Shown here: positions 11,314 through 21,227 of the stretch, one piece after another
Position numbering within the stretch: the stretch's first letter is position 1
Layout of the letters: each line of letters starts with the position of its first letter
Source: an uncultured bacterium
GTDB taxonomy: Bacteria; Verrucomicrobiota; Verrucomicrobiia; Limisphaerales; UBA8199
Direction of reading: 5' to 3'
Length of the DNA: 64,000 nt
Assembly: GCA_963749495.1 (NCBI GenBank)
Contig: CAVVMW010000006.1
Span: forward strand, 704,001-768,000
The notes under the pieces: model-generated
Seen by the model: only the letters and a program-made list of their open reading frames with translations
Told to the model about the DNA's origin: nothing
Database searches by the model: none
Translations under genes and position numbers: made by a program

Positions 11314-12502
11314 TCAGGACCTTTGTGTGCCACCTCTGCGTTCTCTGGCAGCTTCATAGGCCTTTCGGAAATTCCTCGCCATCAACTCGGGCGAGAGATA
11401 GGCGCGGGCGCGGGCGAGGGTTTCGGGTTCGACCAGGCCCTTGCCGAAGAGCGGGTCGGCGGCGGCCGCGCGGATGGCCTGGATGAAGCCATCGAGGTCG
11501 CCGGGAGCAAACAAGAGGCCGTTCTTGCCTGGAGTCACGTAGTCGGGGATGCCGCCGGTTTGGGCGGCGACGACCGGGAAGGCCGGCGACAACGGCTTCC
11601 TTGACGGCGTTGGGGCTGACATCGGCGCGGGTTGGCAGGAGGAGCAGGACCGGGGTTTCGAGTGCCTTGGCGACCTGGTCGGGCAGGAGGAGGTGCTGGA
11701 CGTTGACCTGCTGCCAAAGGGCGGGGGAGACCATCGGCTTGAGGGAGTCGAGGTAGTGCGCGTTGCCGCTGCTGATCAGGTGCAACTGGAAGGGGAAGTC
11801 CAGGCGGTCCAGGGCCTGAAAGAGCAAATCGGTGCCCTTGCGCAGGCCCAGCGTCCCGACCGAGATGAGGCGCAACGGGTGGGTCTGCGGCCGGCGCTGC
11901 ACACGGAAGAAGGCCGGGTTGGGCGCGTGCTCGGCCTGTTGAATGCGCATTTGCGGATAGCGGGCCCGGAGGTACTGGACGGCGTAGTTGGATTCCGTGG
12001 TGACCACGGGCGCGCGCCGGAAGCAAGCGCGTTCCAGCCGCTCGATGAACCGGTCGTAGCGGGGCATGGGCACCCGCTCCTTGTACCAGGCGAAAAGGCC
12101 CTGGACCGTCATGACATAGGGCAGGCCCAGGCGATGGGCCACGAGCGGGGCGCCCTTTTCCATGCCCCAGGCATGGACCAGGTCCGGCCGGGTGCGGCGG
12201 CACACCCGCCGGATCAGGAGTGTGTCGAGCCAAAAGAGCGAGCCGACCCGCAGCCACGGCGGGGCCTTGAGCACGTGAAACCTCGTCCCGTCGCGCTCGA
12301 AGGAGAAGGAACGTTCGATCCGGTGCCGCAAGACGATCACCTCGATGCGAAGGGCCGGGTCTTTCTGGAACTCCGACAGCAGGACCATCTGCCAGGTCGC
12401 CCCGTGCCGGCGCGGCGAGGCCCTCAACGGCTCCGGCACATCCGGCAGCCATTCCACCGGGTAATCCGAGAGCCAGGCGACGGTTAAAGGCGCGTCAGGC
12501 AT
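11314..12502 (-). CDS. Glycosyltransferase family 4 (one +1 frameshift near 11577)
   Basis: VGTLGLRKG and PTRADVSPNAVKEAVVAGLP; continues in another frame as PVVAAQTGGIPDYVTPGKNG. Confidence 0.85.
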
Positions 12503-12517
12503 AGGGGGCGGGCGGAC

Positions 12518-12597
12518 CTTTGTCGCAGCCTTTGTCGCGGCCTTTGTCGAATGCGCCATTTCTCGACGAAGGTTGCGACAAAGGCTGCGACAAAGGT
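12518..12597. repeat. 12-bp tandem/inverted repeat, copy 2
   Basis: CTTTGTCG three times then CGACAAAG-like three times; same family as 6733-6838. Confidence 0.8.
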
Positions 12598-12618
12598 GCC
12601 AATGTTGGGTCGTTCGAT

Positions 12619-13035
12619 TTAGAACTGCCGCTCATATTCCTTCGGAGTTTTGGGGCCGGGTTGCGGGCGGTGCATCCAGTAGCTGGGAGCCTGGCGGTCA
12701 AGCTTGAGGCGCAGGAAGTCCTTGCCCAGCACCCGCGCGGCCAGGCCGATCGGGGTGATCACCAGGAAGAAAAACGCGGTCAGAATCACATGCGAGACCA
12801 CAAAGCCCAGCGCGAGGGCCAGGCCCATCCAGCCCAGATAGACCGGCTTGAGGGCCTTGGGCAGGGCCAGGCCAAACGCCAACAGGCAGGCGCCTGGCGT
12901 CAGGAACCAAGGGAAATATCCCTTGCCGCGCGCCCACATCACCAGGCCCAGGACGGCAAAGACCCCGCCGACTAACAACCCGAACTTGCGCAACTCCCGC
13001 GCGCCGGTCTTGAGTTCTCGAAGGTCGGTGATCAT
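12619..13035 (-). CDS. SxtJ family membrane protein
   Basis: ELRKFGL, WMGLALALG, ITPIGL...GKDFL...SYW...YERQF pattern; lies downstream of a carbamoyltransferase. Confidence 0.85.
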   Translation of the reverse strand: MITDLRELKTGARELRKFGLLVGGVFAVLGLVMWARGKGYFPWFLTPGACLLAFGLALPKALKPVYLGWMGLALALGFVVSHVILTAFFFLVITPIGLAARVLGKDFLRLKLDRQAPSYWMHRPQPGPKTPKEYERQF

Positions 13036-13193
13036 CGGGCATGGCTCAGGGTTCAAGGTTCATGGTTCAGGGTTCACGTTCTGTTTGAGTTCTTGGAGGT
13101 CGTTGATCATCGCCCAAGGTTCACGTTTCACGTTTCACGTTCTGTTTGAGTTCTCGAAGGTGGTTGGACATCACGCACTCCGCGGGCGCCCCG

Positions 13194-15011
13194 TCAATCC
13201 AGTTCAAATTCCTTGAGCCAATCGATGTCCTTGTCGAGCGGCTTCTGCTCGGTTTTTTCCAGCAGGAAATTGCCCAGCACCAGGCAGTCCATGTTAGTGC
13301 GCATGAAACAGAGGTAGGCGTGCTCGGGCGTGCAGACAATCGGCTCGCCGCGCACGTTGAACGAGGTGTTGATGATGAGCGGGCAGCCGGATTTGTCGGC
13401 GAAGGTCTTGATGAGGCGGTAAAAGAGCGGGTGGGCGGCCTCGGTGATGGTCTGGACGCGGGCGGAGAAATCAACGTGGGTCACGGCCGGGATGGTTGAG
13501 CGCAGGGTCAGGAGTTTTTCCAGCCCGAAGCGGGCCTGTTCGGCGGCGGAGAGTTGGCGGCGCTGGCGCCGGGCCACGGGGGCGATCAGGAGCATGTAGG
13601 GACTTTCGCCGTCCAAGTCGAAGTATTCGGAGACCCGTTCCCGCAAGACGGTGGGGGCGAAGGGCCGGAAGCTCTCGCGGAACTTGATCTTGAGGTTCAT
13701 CAACTCCTGCATTTTGGGGGAGCGGGCGTCGCCGAGGATCGAGCGCGCCCCCAGAGCGCGCGGGCCAAACTCCATCCGGCCCTGGAACCAGCCGATGACT
13801 TTGCCCGCCTGGATGAGGTCGGCGACGCGTTCGGGCAACTGCTCATCGCTCAGCTCGATGAACGGGGCCTGGCGCTGGGCCAGGAAGCGGCGAATCTCCT
13901 CCTTGGAAAAGCCGGGGCCCAGGAACGAGCCGCGCTGGGCGTCGGTCCGGCCATCGGCCTGGCGGGGCTGCTCCAGGTAATGGTGCCAGGCGAGCAGGGC
14001 GGCGCCCAGGGCGCCGCCGGCATCGCCAGCGGCCGGCTGTATCCAGATATTGTCGAAGACCGCCTGGCGCAGGATGCGCCCGTTGGCCACGCAGTTGAGG
14101 GCCACGCCCCCCGCCAGGCAGAGCCGCCGGCACCCGGTCTGCCGCCGCACGTGCCGCGCCATCCGCAACAGGATCTCCTCCGTCACATCCTGTATCGAGC
14201 GCGCCAGGTCCATGTCCCGCTGTGTCAACCGCGATTCGGGCCGCCGCGGCGGGCCGCCCAACAGCCGCTCCAGCCGGCGGTGGGTCATGGTCAGGCCTAC
14301 CCCGTAGTTGAAATAGCGCATGTTCAGCCTGAACGAGCCGTCCGCCTTGAGGTCCAGCAACTCGCGCAGGATGAGGTCCGCGTATTTGGGCTCGCCGTAG
14401 GGGGCCAGGCCCATGAGCTTGTATTCGCCCGAGTTGACCTTGAACCCGGTGAGGTAGGTAAAGGCCGAGTAGAGCAGGCCCAGGGAATGAGGAAACTGCA
14501 ATTCGCTCTGGATTTCCACCCGGTTGCCGCGGCCCACCCCGAAGCTGGTCGTGGTCCATTCCCCGACGCCGTCCACGGTCAGGAACGCCGCCTCGTCAAA
14601 CGGGGAAGGGAAAAAGGCGGCGGCGGCGTGGGACTCATGGTGTTCGGCAAAGATGAGCTTGCCCTGGTAACCGAGTTCCGTGCGGATGAGGTCCTTCATC
14701 CAGATGCGTTCGCGTATCCAGAGCGGGATGGCCATCAGGAACGAGCGCAGCCCGGCCGGGGCGTAGGCCAGGTAGGTGTGCAGGATGCGGTCGAACTTGA
14801 GAAACGGTTTCTCGTAGAACGCCACCACGTCGAGGCTGGCGGCGTCGATGCCGCCTTCGAGCAGGCAGTAGGCGGCGGCCTGGCGCGGAAAGGCGGCGTC
14901 ATGTTTCTTGCGTGTGAACCGCTCCTCCTGGGCCGCCGCCACCACCGCGCCGTCGCGAACGAGACACGCCGCGCTGTCGTGATAAAATGCCGAGATGCCG
15001 AGGATGTTCAC
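13194..15011 (-). CDS. O-carbamoyltransferase (NodU/CmcH/SxtI family)
   Basis: ILGISAFYHDSAA, QEERFTRKKHD, EHHESHA, DGVGEW, GEYKLMGLAPYG, GPRALGARS, KFRESFRPFAP, NTSFNVRGEPIV. Confidence 0.95.
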   Translation of the reverse strand: MNILGISAFYHDSAACLVRDGAVVAAAQEERFTRKKHDAAFPRQAAAYCLLEGGIDAASLDVVAFYEKPFLKFDRILHTYLAYAPAGLRSFLMAIPLWIRERIWMKDLIRTELGYQGKLIFAEHHESHAAAAFFPSPFDEAAFLTVDGVGEWTTTSFGVGRGNRVEIQSELQFPHSLGLLYSAFTYLTGFKVNSGEYKLMGLAPYGEPKYADLILRELLDLKADGSFRLNMRYFNYGVGLTMTHRRLERLLGGPPRRPESRLTQRDMDLARSIQDVTEEILLRMARHVRRQTGCRRLCLAGGVALNCVANGRILRQAVFDNIWIQPAAGDAGGALGAALLAWHHYLEQPRQADGRTDAQRGSFLGPGFSKEEIRRFLAQRQAPFIELSDEQLPERVADLIQAGKVIGWFQGRMEFGPRALGARSILGDARSPKMQELMNLKIKFRESFRPFAPTVLRERVSEYFDLDGESPYMLLIAPVARRQRRQLSAAEQARFGLEKLLTLRSTIPAVTHVDFSARVQTITEAAHPLFYRLIKTFADKSGCPLIINTSFNVRGEPIVCTPEHAYLCFMRTNMDCLVLGNFLLEKTEQKPLDKDIDWLKEFELD

Positions 15012-15121
15012 TGGTTCAGTGGCCTACTGTTCTTATTGAATGATCCTCCGGCGGGCAAGCGCAAAGCCTGGGCGTTATCAGCAATACGCCATTGATTATT
15101 TTCAGGATGAAGACGGGAGAT

Positions 15122-15424
15122 TCACCGCGGCCAGCTTGCCCCGGAGCGCTTGGATCGCCGCGGACTCGTACGCCGCAAACGTGGCCGCGTCCCGTTGAAC
15201 TTGAAATCCCTAAAGAAGTTCGGCTCAAGCTTCGGATCGGCCAGGTCCGGATCGCGAAGGGTATGTTCAATCCAGGCCACGGACCGGGTCAGCCGCTGAG
15301 CCGCTTCCTTCCGGTGCGTGTTGAAATCCGCCGGCAGCCCCTTCTCCACGGCGGCCAGTTCGCCCAGGATCCAATCTCCCCGGCGTTTCAGATCCAACAA
15401 CAGCTTTTGGAGCAGACTCGCCAT
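15122..15424 (-). pseudogene. Probable 5' fragment of a larger hypothetical gene
   Basis: Translationally coupled to the upstream ORF (TGATG overlap); plausible N-terminus MASLLQKLL... that degrades after FFRDFK. Confidence 0.45.
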
Positions 15425-15855
15425 CAAATCCGGCGCAGCCGTCGAAAGGCCGCGGAAGCCGTCGCGTCTGCCGCTTCGCAAACAATGTCCAAGACTCTGA
15501 ACGCCGGTTCGCGCAGCGCCGCCCCCTTCGCCAGGTCATCCACCACTCCCCGCAGTGCAGTGATCGTCTCCTGCATCTCGCCTTTCGCACGCTTGCGCAG
15601 CCGCTCCAGCACGTCGGCCGGCACCTGCGCTTGGTCGGCAGTCCACGGCTTGCCCTCGTCCTGTAGCGCCGCGACCAGCGAATCCAGTAAAGACTTCAGG
15701 TCCTGCCGGGCCTGTTTGACCGTCTCGTCAGTTTCTCCGTTGCCGACCCGGCCCAATAAATAGCGCCGCTTAAGAGTCAAGACGGCGTCATTGAATTTCC
15801 GCGCGAACTCCGCGTTCAAAGCGTAGTCGTGCGCAATAATGGATAACTCGCTCAT
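15424..15855 (-). CDS. Hypothetical all-helical protein (143 aa)
   Basis: Strong SD (AAGGAG) upstream, amphipathic helical sequence, in an operon behind the XRE gene. Confidence 0.75.
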   Translation of the reverse strand: MSELSIIAHDYALNAEFARKFNDAVLTLKRRYLLGRVGNGETDETVKQARQDLKSLLDSLVAALQDEGKPWTADQAQVPADVLERLRKRAKGEMQETITALRGVVDDLAKGAALREPAFRVLDIVCEAADATASAAFRRLRRI

Positions 15856-15911
15856 ACATTAAACTCCTTTTTACCGCAACAGTCTGTCAGTCGAAATGGA
15901 CCATTGAAAGC

Positions 15912-16292
15912 TCATCCATTTCCTTTTTCCTTTTTCGTTCCAGGGCGAGCGGATTGTCGCGATTCCAGAAGATCAAGCAAAGCGTCCCAGTCCTTAGGAG
16001 AAGCGATCTCTTGAGCCCGCTGAAAAAACCGGCGAGCTTTTTCACTTCCCGCCAGCTTCGCGAGCTCAGGTGGCAGCTTGTTTGCCAACTGGAGCAATTC
16101 CATCGCGTCAACTTCCAGAGCTTTCGCTAAATCACGAATCGTTTCGACCCCCGGCAAATAGTCCAATCGGTCGTTCTCGATCTTCGATAAATACGTAAAA
16201 TCCACCCCAGCCGCCTCAGCCAACGCGCGAAGCGTCATGCCCTTTTCCTGGCGGAGTTCCCGCAGTTTAGCACCAAATCCCGTTTGCATCAT
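15912..16292 (-). CDS. XRE/Cro-C1 family HTH transcriptional regulator
   Basis: FGAKLRELRQEKGMTLRALAEAAGVDFTYLSKIEN HTH. Confidence 0.92.
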   Translation of the reverse strand: MMQTGFGAKLRELRQEKGMTLRALAEAAGVDFTYLSKIENDRLDYLPGVETIRDLAKALEVDAMELLQLANKLPPELAKLAGSEKARRFFQRAQEIASPKDWDALLDLLESRQSARPGTKKEKGNG

Positions 16293-16309
16293 GAGCGAAA
16301 CATACCAAA

Positions 16310-16328
16310 TGTTGACTTGAAGTCAACA
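16310..16328. promoter_or_regulatory. Palindromic operator upstream of the XRE gene
   Basis: Perfect inverted repeat TGTTGACTT-G-AAGTCAACA. Confidence 0.65.
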
Positions 16329-16454
16329 CCAATATTGAGTTTTTTTGTAACTACTCAGGTCCGAGCGGGGCCGGGTGAACAGCGGCGGAGAGAGGCCGCA
16401 AAATACTTTGATTTTGTACGGGACTCCCCCAAATCCACCTGGTAATCTGGGCGC

Positions 16455-17342
16455 GTGCTCGAAGCCGAAATCATTCAAGGCCGCAAAATCAGTAACGTCC
16501 AGATCGGCGAGATTAGGGCCTTGATTGAGGCCCATCCGCTTTGGAGCCGCTGGCGCTTGTCGCAGGTGTTGGCTCAGCGATGGCAATGGTATTCGGCCTC
16601 CGGCCAGCTCAAAGACATGGCGGCTCGGACGCTGTTACTCAAGCTGCAGCGGCGCCAACTCATTGCACTGCCGGAACGCCGGCGAATGCCGGTTGGACGA
16701 GGTCCGCTGCTGAGTCTCGAGCTTTTTGACTCAGTGGTTCCTGAGCCGATCCGGGCGGACTTGTCTTCGCTGCTGCCCCTGGAGGTGCAAGTGGTCCGCC
16801 CCAGGCATCCGGACTATCCTCGGTTTCAGCGGTATTTGGCCCGGCACCATTACCTGAGCTATGGCGGCCCAGTTGGGGAGAACCTGGGCTATTTGATTAG
16901 GAGTTGCGCGGGAGCGGATCTGGCGTGCCTGCTCTTTGGAGCGGCGGCCTGGCAGTGCGCGCCTCGCGATCGGTGGATCGGTTGGTCGGCCCAGCAACGG
17001 GCTGCCGGCTTGCCGTTGATCGCCAACAATAGCCGGTTCCTGATTTTGCCTTGGGTTGGAGTCCAGCGTCTGGCCAGCCACATTCTTGGTCGAATCGCCC
17101 AGCGGATCGATGCCGACTGGCAAGCGCGCTACCATCATCGTCTTTACCTGCTGGAGACCTTTGTGCAACCGGACCGCTTCCGGGGCACCGCTTACCAGGC
17201 GGCCAACTGGATTCGGGTGGGCCAAACCCGCGGACGAACCCGCCAGAATGAGCGGCACCGGGACAATCAGGTCCATGCGCCTTGCAAGGACATTTACCTT
17301 TATCCTTTAACTGCAGATGTGCCTGGCCAACTCTGTGATTAA
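16455..17342 (+). CDS. DUF4338 (DruA-like) IS-associated protein
   Basis: HHYLSY, AAWQCAPRDRWIGW, NNSRFLILPW, LLETFV, GTAYQAANW..VGQTRGR. Confidence 0.85.
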   Translation: MLEAEIIQGRKISNVQIGEIRALIEAHPLWSRWRLSQVLAQRWQWYSASGQLKDMAARTLLLKLQRRQLIALPERRRMPVGRGPLLSLELFDSVVPEPIRADLSSLLPLEVQVVRPRHPDYPRFQRYLARHHYLSYGGPVGENLGYLIRSCAGADLACLLFGAAAWQCAPRDRWIGWSAQQRAAGLPLIANNSRFLILPWVGVQRLASHILGRIAQRIDADWQARYHHRLYLLETFVQPDRFRGTAYQAANWIRVGQTRGRTRQNERHRDNQVHAPCKDIYLYPLTADVPGQLCD

Positions 17343-18753
17343 AGACCGCAACGGGCTCATGGCGTTGGGCCGGGCCGACTTGGCTGGATTGGTCGACTAC
17401 ACTTTGGAGTTACAAGCCGAGAATGCCCGCCTGCGGGACGCGGCCTCCCAGAATAGCGGTAACAGTTCGCGCCCTCCTTCCACGGACGGCCCCGAAAAGC
17501 CCAAACCCAAGAGCCTGCGAAAAAAGTCCGGGCGCCCCTCCGGCGGTCAACCCGGCCATCCCGGTCGCACCCTCCAACCCAGCCAAAAGCCCAAGCACAT
17601 CCAGATTCATCCGCTGCTGGAGTGTGGGTGCGGCGAGGATCTTTCCCAGGAACCGGCGGTGGATTTTGAGCCTCGCCAAGTCTTCGACTTGCCCACGCTG
17701 ACCTTGGAATGCACCGAGCATCGAGCTGAAATCAAAGAGTGCCCCATCTGCGGGCGAACCTGCCGGGCTGATTTTCCGCTCGACATTAAAGCCCCGGTCC
17801 AATACGGGAAGAACTTTCGCGCCTTGCTGACCTACCTCTACGACGCCCAAGAGGGGGCCAGCCGCCGCATCCGCGAAATGGGCCAGGAGATGTTCGGCTT
17901 TGCCGTCAGTGAAGGCACCCTGCAAAGCGCTCGCCAAGAACAATACCAGGGGCTGCAACCTTTTGAAGAGCGCCTGGTGGAAATCCTGCCCCAAGAACCC
18001 ATTCTCCACGGCGACGAAACCAGCGTGCCCATCAACAAGGTCACCCATTGGCTGCACGTCATTTGCACGCCCCTGCTGACGTTTTTGAGCGTCCAACTCA
18101 CCCGAGGCAAAGAGGCGATGCAAGCCATGGGCGTCATCCCCCGATTCAAGGGTTGGTTGATGCATGACTTCCACGCCAGCTACTTAACCTTTGAGAACTG
18201 CCTTCACACCTTCTGCAAAAGCCACCTGATGCGCGAATTGGTGTTCCTCTTTGAGCAACACCACCAACAATGGGCCAAAGACCTTTACGACCTCTTCCTG
18301 GAGATGTTGAAGTGCGTCAAGGATCGAAAGGCTCGGGATGCACCCTTGACGCCAGCCGAGGTGGACCGGTGGTATCAGCAATACAGGAAGGTAATACGCG
18401 CTGGCCGCCAAGCCAATCCGCTCACCCCGGAGCAAATGAAGAAAAAGCGCCCCAAGCAATCCAAAGAACAGAACTTATTGGATCGGCTCCAGGGCTGCGA
18501 TGAATGCATTCTGGCATTCCTGTCGAACTTCACATTGCCCTTTACCAACAACGAAGCCGAACGCGACTTCCGCATGATCAAGGTCCGGGTGGAGATATCT
18601 GGCTGCTTTCGCACTCTGGAAGGCGCCCGTTGTCACGCACGCATCCGTAGTTACATCGCGACCCTGCGCAAGCACGGCCTGCCGGTGCTCGAACACCTCC
18701 GCAACACCCTCGACGGTCATCCCTTTCTGCCGGTGGGATCCAAAACGCCCTGA
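17317..18753 (+). CDS. IS66 family transposase
   Basis: NSSRPPSTD, GGQPGHPG, zinc-finger cysteines, HGDET, MHD, CKSHLMRE, PFTNNEAERDFR. Confidence 0.93.
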   Translation: MCLANSVIKDRNGLMALGRADLAGLVDYTLELQAENARLRDAASQNSGNSSRPPSTDGPEKPKPKSLRKKSGRPSGGQPGHPGRTLQPSQKPKHIQIHPLLECGCGEDLSQEPAVDFEPRQVFDLPTLTLECTEHRAEIKECPICGRTCRADFPLDIKAPVQYGKNFRALLTYLYDAQEGASRRIREMGQEMFGFAVSEGTLQSARQEQYQGLQPFEERLVEILPQEPILHGDETSVPINKVTHWLHVICTPLLTFLSVQLTRGKEAMQAMGVIPRFKGWLMHDFHASYLTFENCLHTFCKSHLMRELVFLFEQHHQQWAKDLYDLFLEMLKCVKDRKARDAPLTPAEVDRWYQQYRKVIRAGRQANPLTPEQMKKKRPKQSKEQNLLDRLQGCDECILAFLSNFTLPFTNNEAERDFRMIKVRVEISGCFRTLEGARCHARIRSYIATLRKHGLPVLEHLRNTLDGHPFLPVGSKTP

Positions 18754-18761
18754 GTAGTTAC

Positions 18762-20747
18762 GTGGGCTATTGGCCGATGCTCGAAGGCAGCGGCGGGACT
18801 GTGACGGACTTGACGGTCGGCGCTGACCCGCTCCTGCTCGGCGGCGGCACTGCCACCAACCAGCCGGCCTGGACGACCGCAACGTATCCATTCCGCGCCC
18901 TGACCAACACCGTAACCGGCGCCAGCCTCACCATTGCCCTGCCAGGCAGTGATCCCAATGGCCGTCCTTTGACTGCCAGCATCATTCAATTGCCCGCTTA
19001 CGGTTCGTTGTATCAGACCCCCGATGGCCTCACCCTGGGCGCGCCGATTACTCACACGCCGAGCCTGGTGACCGATGCCCAGCGCCGGGTTATTTACGTT
19101 CCGCCCGCCGGGCTCAACGTGCTCGACCGTTTCCGCTACACCGTCAACAATGGCTTGGCGGATTCCGCCCCGGCCTCCGTTGTGCTCAACGCCATTTTCA
19201 ATCCCAATTCTATCCTGACCATCAACGCCCCAACCAATGTCACGCTTCTGGCGGGCGCATCTTCCAATCTCGTCATCCAAATCACCGCCGATTATCCCAT
19301 CCTGCAGGCGGACTTTGTCCCAACGAACCCCCCGCCGGCCTTCGTTTCCGTGGCCTCGCGCAGCTTTGGCCTCCTCGGCACCAATGGCACCGCCACCGTG
19401 ACCCTGCAACTCAACCCGCTCCACGATGCCGCCGGCAGCTACGTTCTCAGCCTGGGCGCCGTGGCTCAGAACGGCGCCAGCGGGGTCGTCAACATCCCGG
19501 TCACCGTGTTGCCCAACCCAGCCCTCACCGCCACTCACTGGACAAACGCCGTCAGCGGCAACTGGAGCGACGCCTCCAAATGGAGCGCCGGCCTGCCCAC
19601 TAACGGAACGGTGGCCGTCATTGACGCCGTCGGCACCTACACCGTCACCCTGGACACTTCCGTCTCCGCCTCTGGCATCGTCCTGAACCAGGGCAATGCG
19701 GTCCTGAGCATTCCAACCGACCGGACCATCAACGCGCCCATCGAACTGCGCGCCGGCCAGTTCGCTCTTACCGGAGGCACGCTCACTCTTAATTCGCCCC
19801 TGGTGAACCTGGGCACGATGCGCTGGCCCAGTGGTTACAACACCGTGGCTCTCCAAGGCAGCGGGTGCGTGGAGAACGAGGGCTTGTGGGAGGTCGGCGG
19901 CTATGGGGGCGGCTGGTATAACGAATCGTGGGTGCGAGTGCCGGTGAGTGTGACCGCCGGGGCCACGCTGCAACTGGACGACAATGCCCGGCTGGCCTTT
20001 GGGGCCGGCTCCAGCCTGGGTATGGCGGGCACCCTCCTAATCGGCACCAATGCCCAATTGCACTTCGACAACAGCACGCCGGCGCGTGACCTGACCTTCC
20101 TCCCCGGCAGCGCCTGGTCTGGCCCGGGCACGACACTCATCGATGGCACTAATCGGGTGGTGATCGCCGGCAACGTGACTTTGGGTGGCGGCCTCTTGAG
20201 CCTCGTCGGCGGCAGCGTCCTGGCTGGCACGAACCTGTTGACCATCGCCAACGGAGCGACGCTCCAGCTCGATCACTCTGCAACCTTCCCCGGCTCAGTC
20301 ACGGTTGATGGGACGCTCACGCTGGCTTCGAGCGGTGTGACCTTTGGCATCCAGGGCACGCTCACGCTGGGCGCTTCCGGCACAATCAACAATCCGGGCG
20401 CGATTCTGGCGGGCGCCTTTGCCGATAACGGCGGCGCCATCAACGGCAACGCCCCGGCCGGCCATCCGCTGGCAGTGCGGATTATCCGAGTGGCTCTGGC
20501 CGCGAGTTTGGGGCAGAGCGAGGTGAGAACTCCTTTCCCAGCCTCGTCGGGCTTGCGAACGGTGAATTTGGATTGTCTGGGAGCGCCCGGCCAAAGATTC
20601 ATCCTGGAGACCTCGCTCGACCTTCTCCAATGGCGCCCCATCACAGCGAATTTCCTGGAAACCTCTCCCGGACGCTTCCACATTTCCGCTCCTGTGCCCG
20701 ATGCGCCCAGGCGTTTCTTCCGCCTTCGCATAGCAACGCCCAATTAG
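18762..20747 (+). pseudogene. 5'-truncated large secreted/surface protein (LamG tail, Ig-like domains, beta-helix-like region, Verrucomicrobia-type C-terminal domain)
   Basis: The frame opens at the first base after the IS end with VGYWPMLEGSG (end of a LamG-like domain); C-terminus ILETSLDLLQW...RRFFRL. Confidence 0.7.
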
Positions 20748-21048
20748 CCTAAGTGGGCCCGGAGGGCCGAAGGCCCGCAATGTGAAAGCCTGGGGTGAAG
20801 CGCGCCGCGCGCAGCCCCAGGTAAGGGCCGAAAGAGACCTTTCCTCCCTGTAGGGGCGGAAGAGGGCTTTTTCAGGCCCTTGGGGCTCTGCCAGCTTCTT
20901 CAACTGCCGTTTTTAGGATGAAGCAAGGGTGGGACTGAACCTAAGGAGCGGTCTCTGCTCTGAGGCGGCCGGCGTGGGCATGAAAAAGGCTTGCATCGGC
21001 GGCCGAGAGTGCCATAGTGCCTCCCATTAGAGGAAGCGCCCGGCTACT

Positions 21049-21066
21049 GGACGTGTGCGGACGTCC
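21049..21066 (+). promoter_or_regulatory. Cas box 1 (GGACGT-N4-GGACGTCC) upstream of cas10
   Basis: GGACGTGTGCGGACGTCC; CAAGAT at 21096. An extra promoter candidate, TTGCAT-N16-CATAGT, lies at 20991-21018. Confidence 0.65.
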
Positions 21067-21227
21067 TTTTCTTTGTTTCCAGCAGTGATCGGGCGCAAGA
21101 TGCATGCGATGAAAAAAAGAGCCGCATGGAACCTGGTGGCAATGCCGCTGAACGACGGCGGGACGCTTCTAGTGCCCCTGCCCACCCTTCAGACTCGCTA
21201 CTCATGCGCGGCGACTCGATGGAGCCT

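Larger units (their letters stand above)
16347..18761 (+). mobile_element. IS66-family insertion sequence with DUF4338 passenger
   Basis: 13-bp terminal inverted repeats GTAACTACTCAGG (16347) and CCTGAGTAGTTAC (ending 18761), with the GTAA end typical of IS66; no matching target-site duplication. Confidence 0.9.

Noticed and set aside
12619..15011. Saxitoxin cluster (sxtI/sxtJ)
   Set aside because: No sxtA or other core genes; this pair is common in surface-glycan loci and sits among glycosyltransferases here.
16455..17342. Druantia defence system
   Set aside because: The DUF4338 gene lies inside IS terminal repeats and no DruE helicase or partners are present.
20755..20890. Possible ncRNA upstream of the cas locus
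   Set aside because: The hairpins resemble REP-like elements like those at 3580 and 11084; nothing ties them to a specific RNA family.
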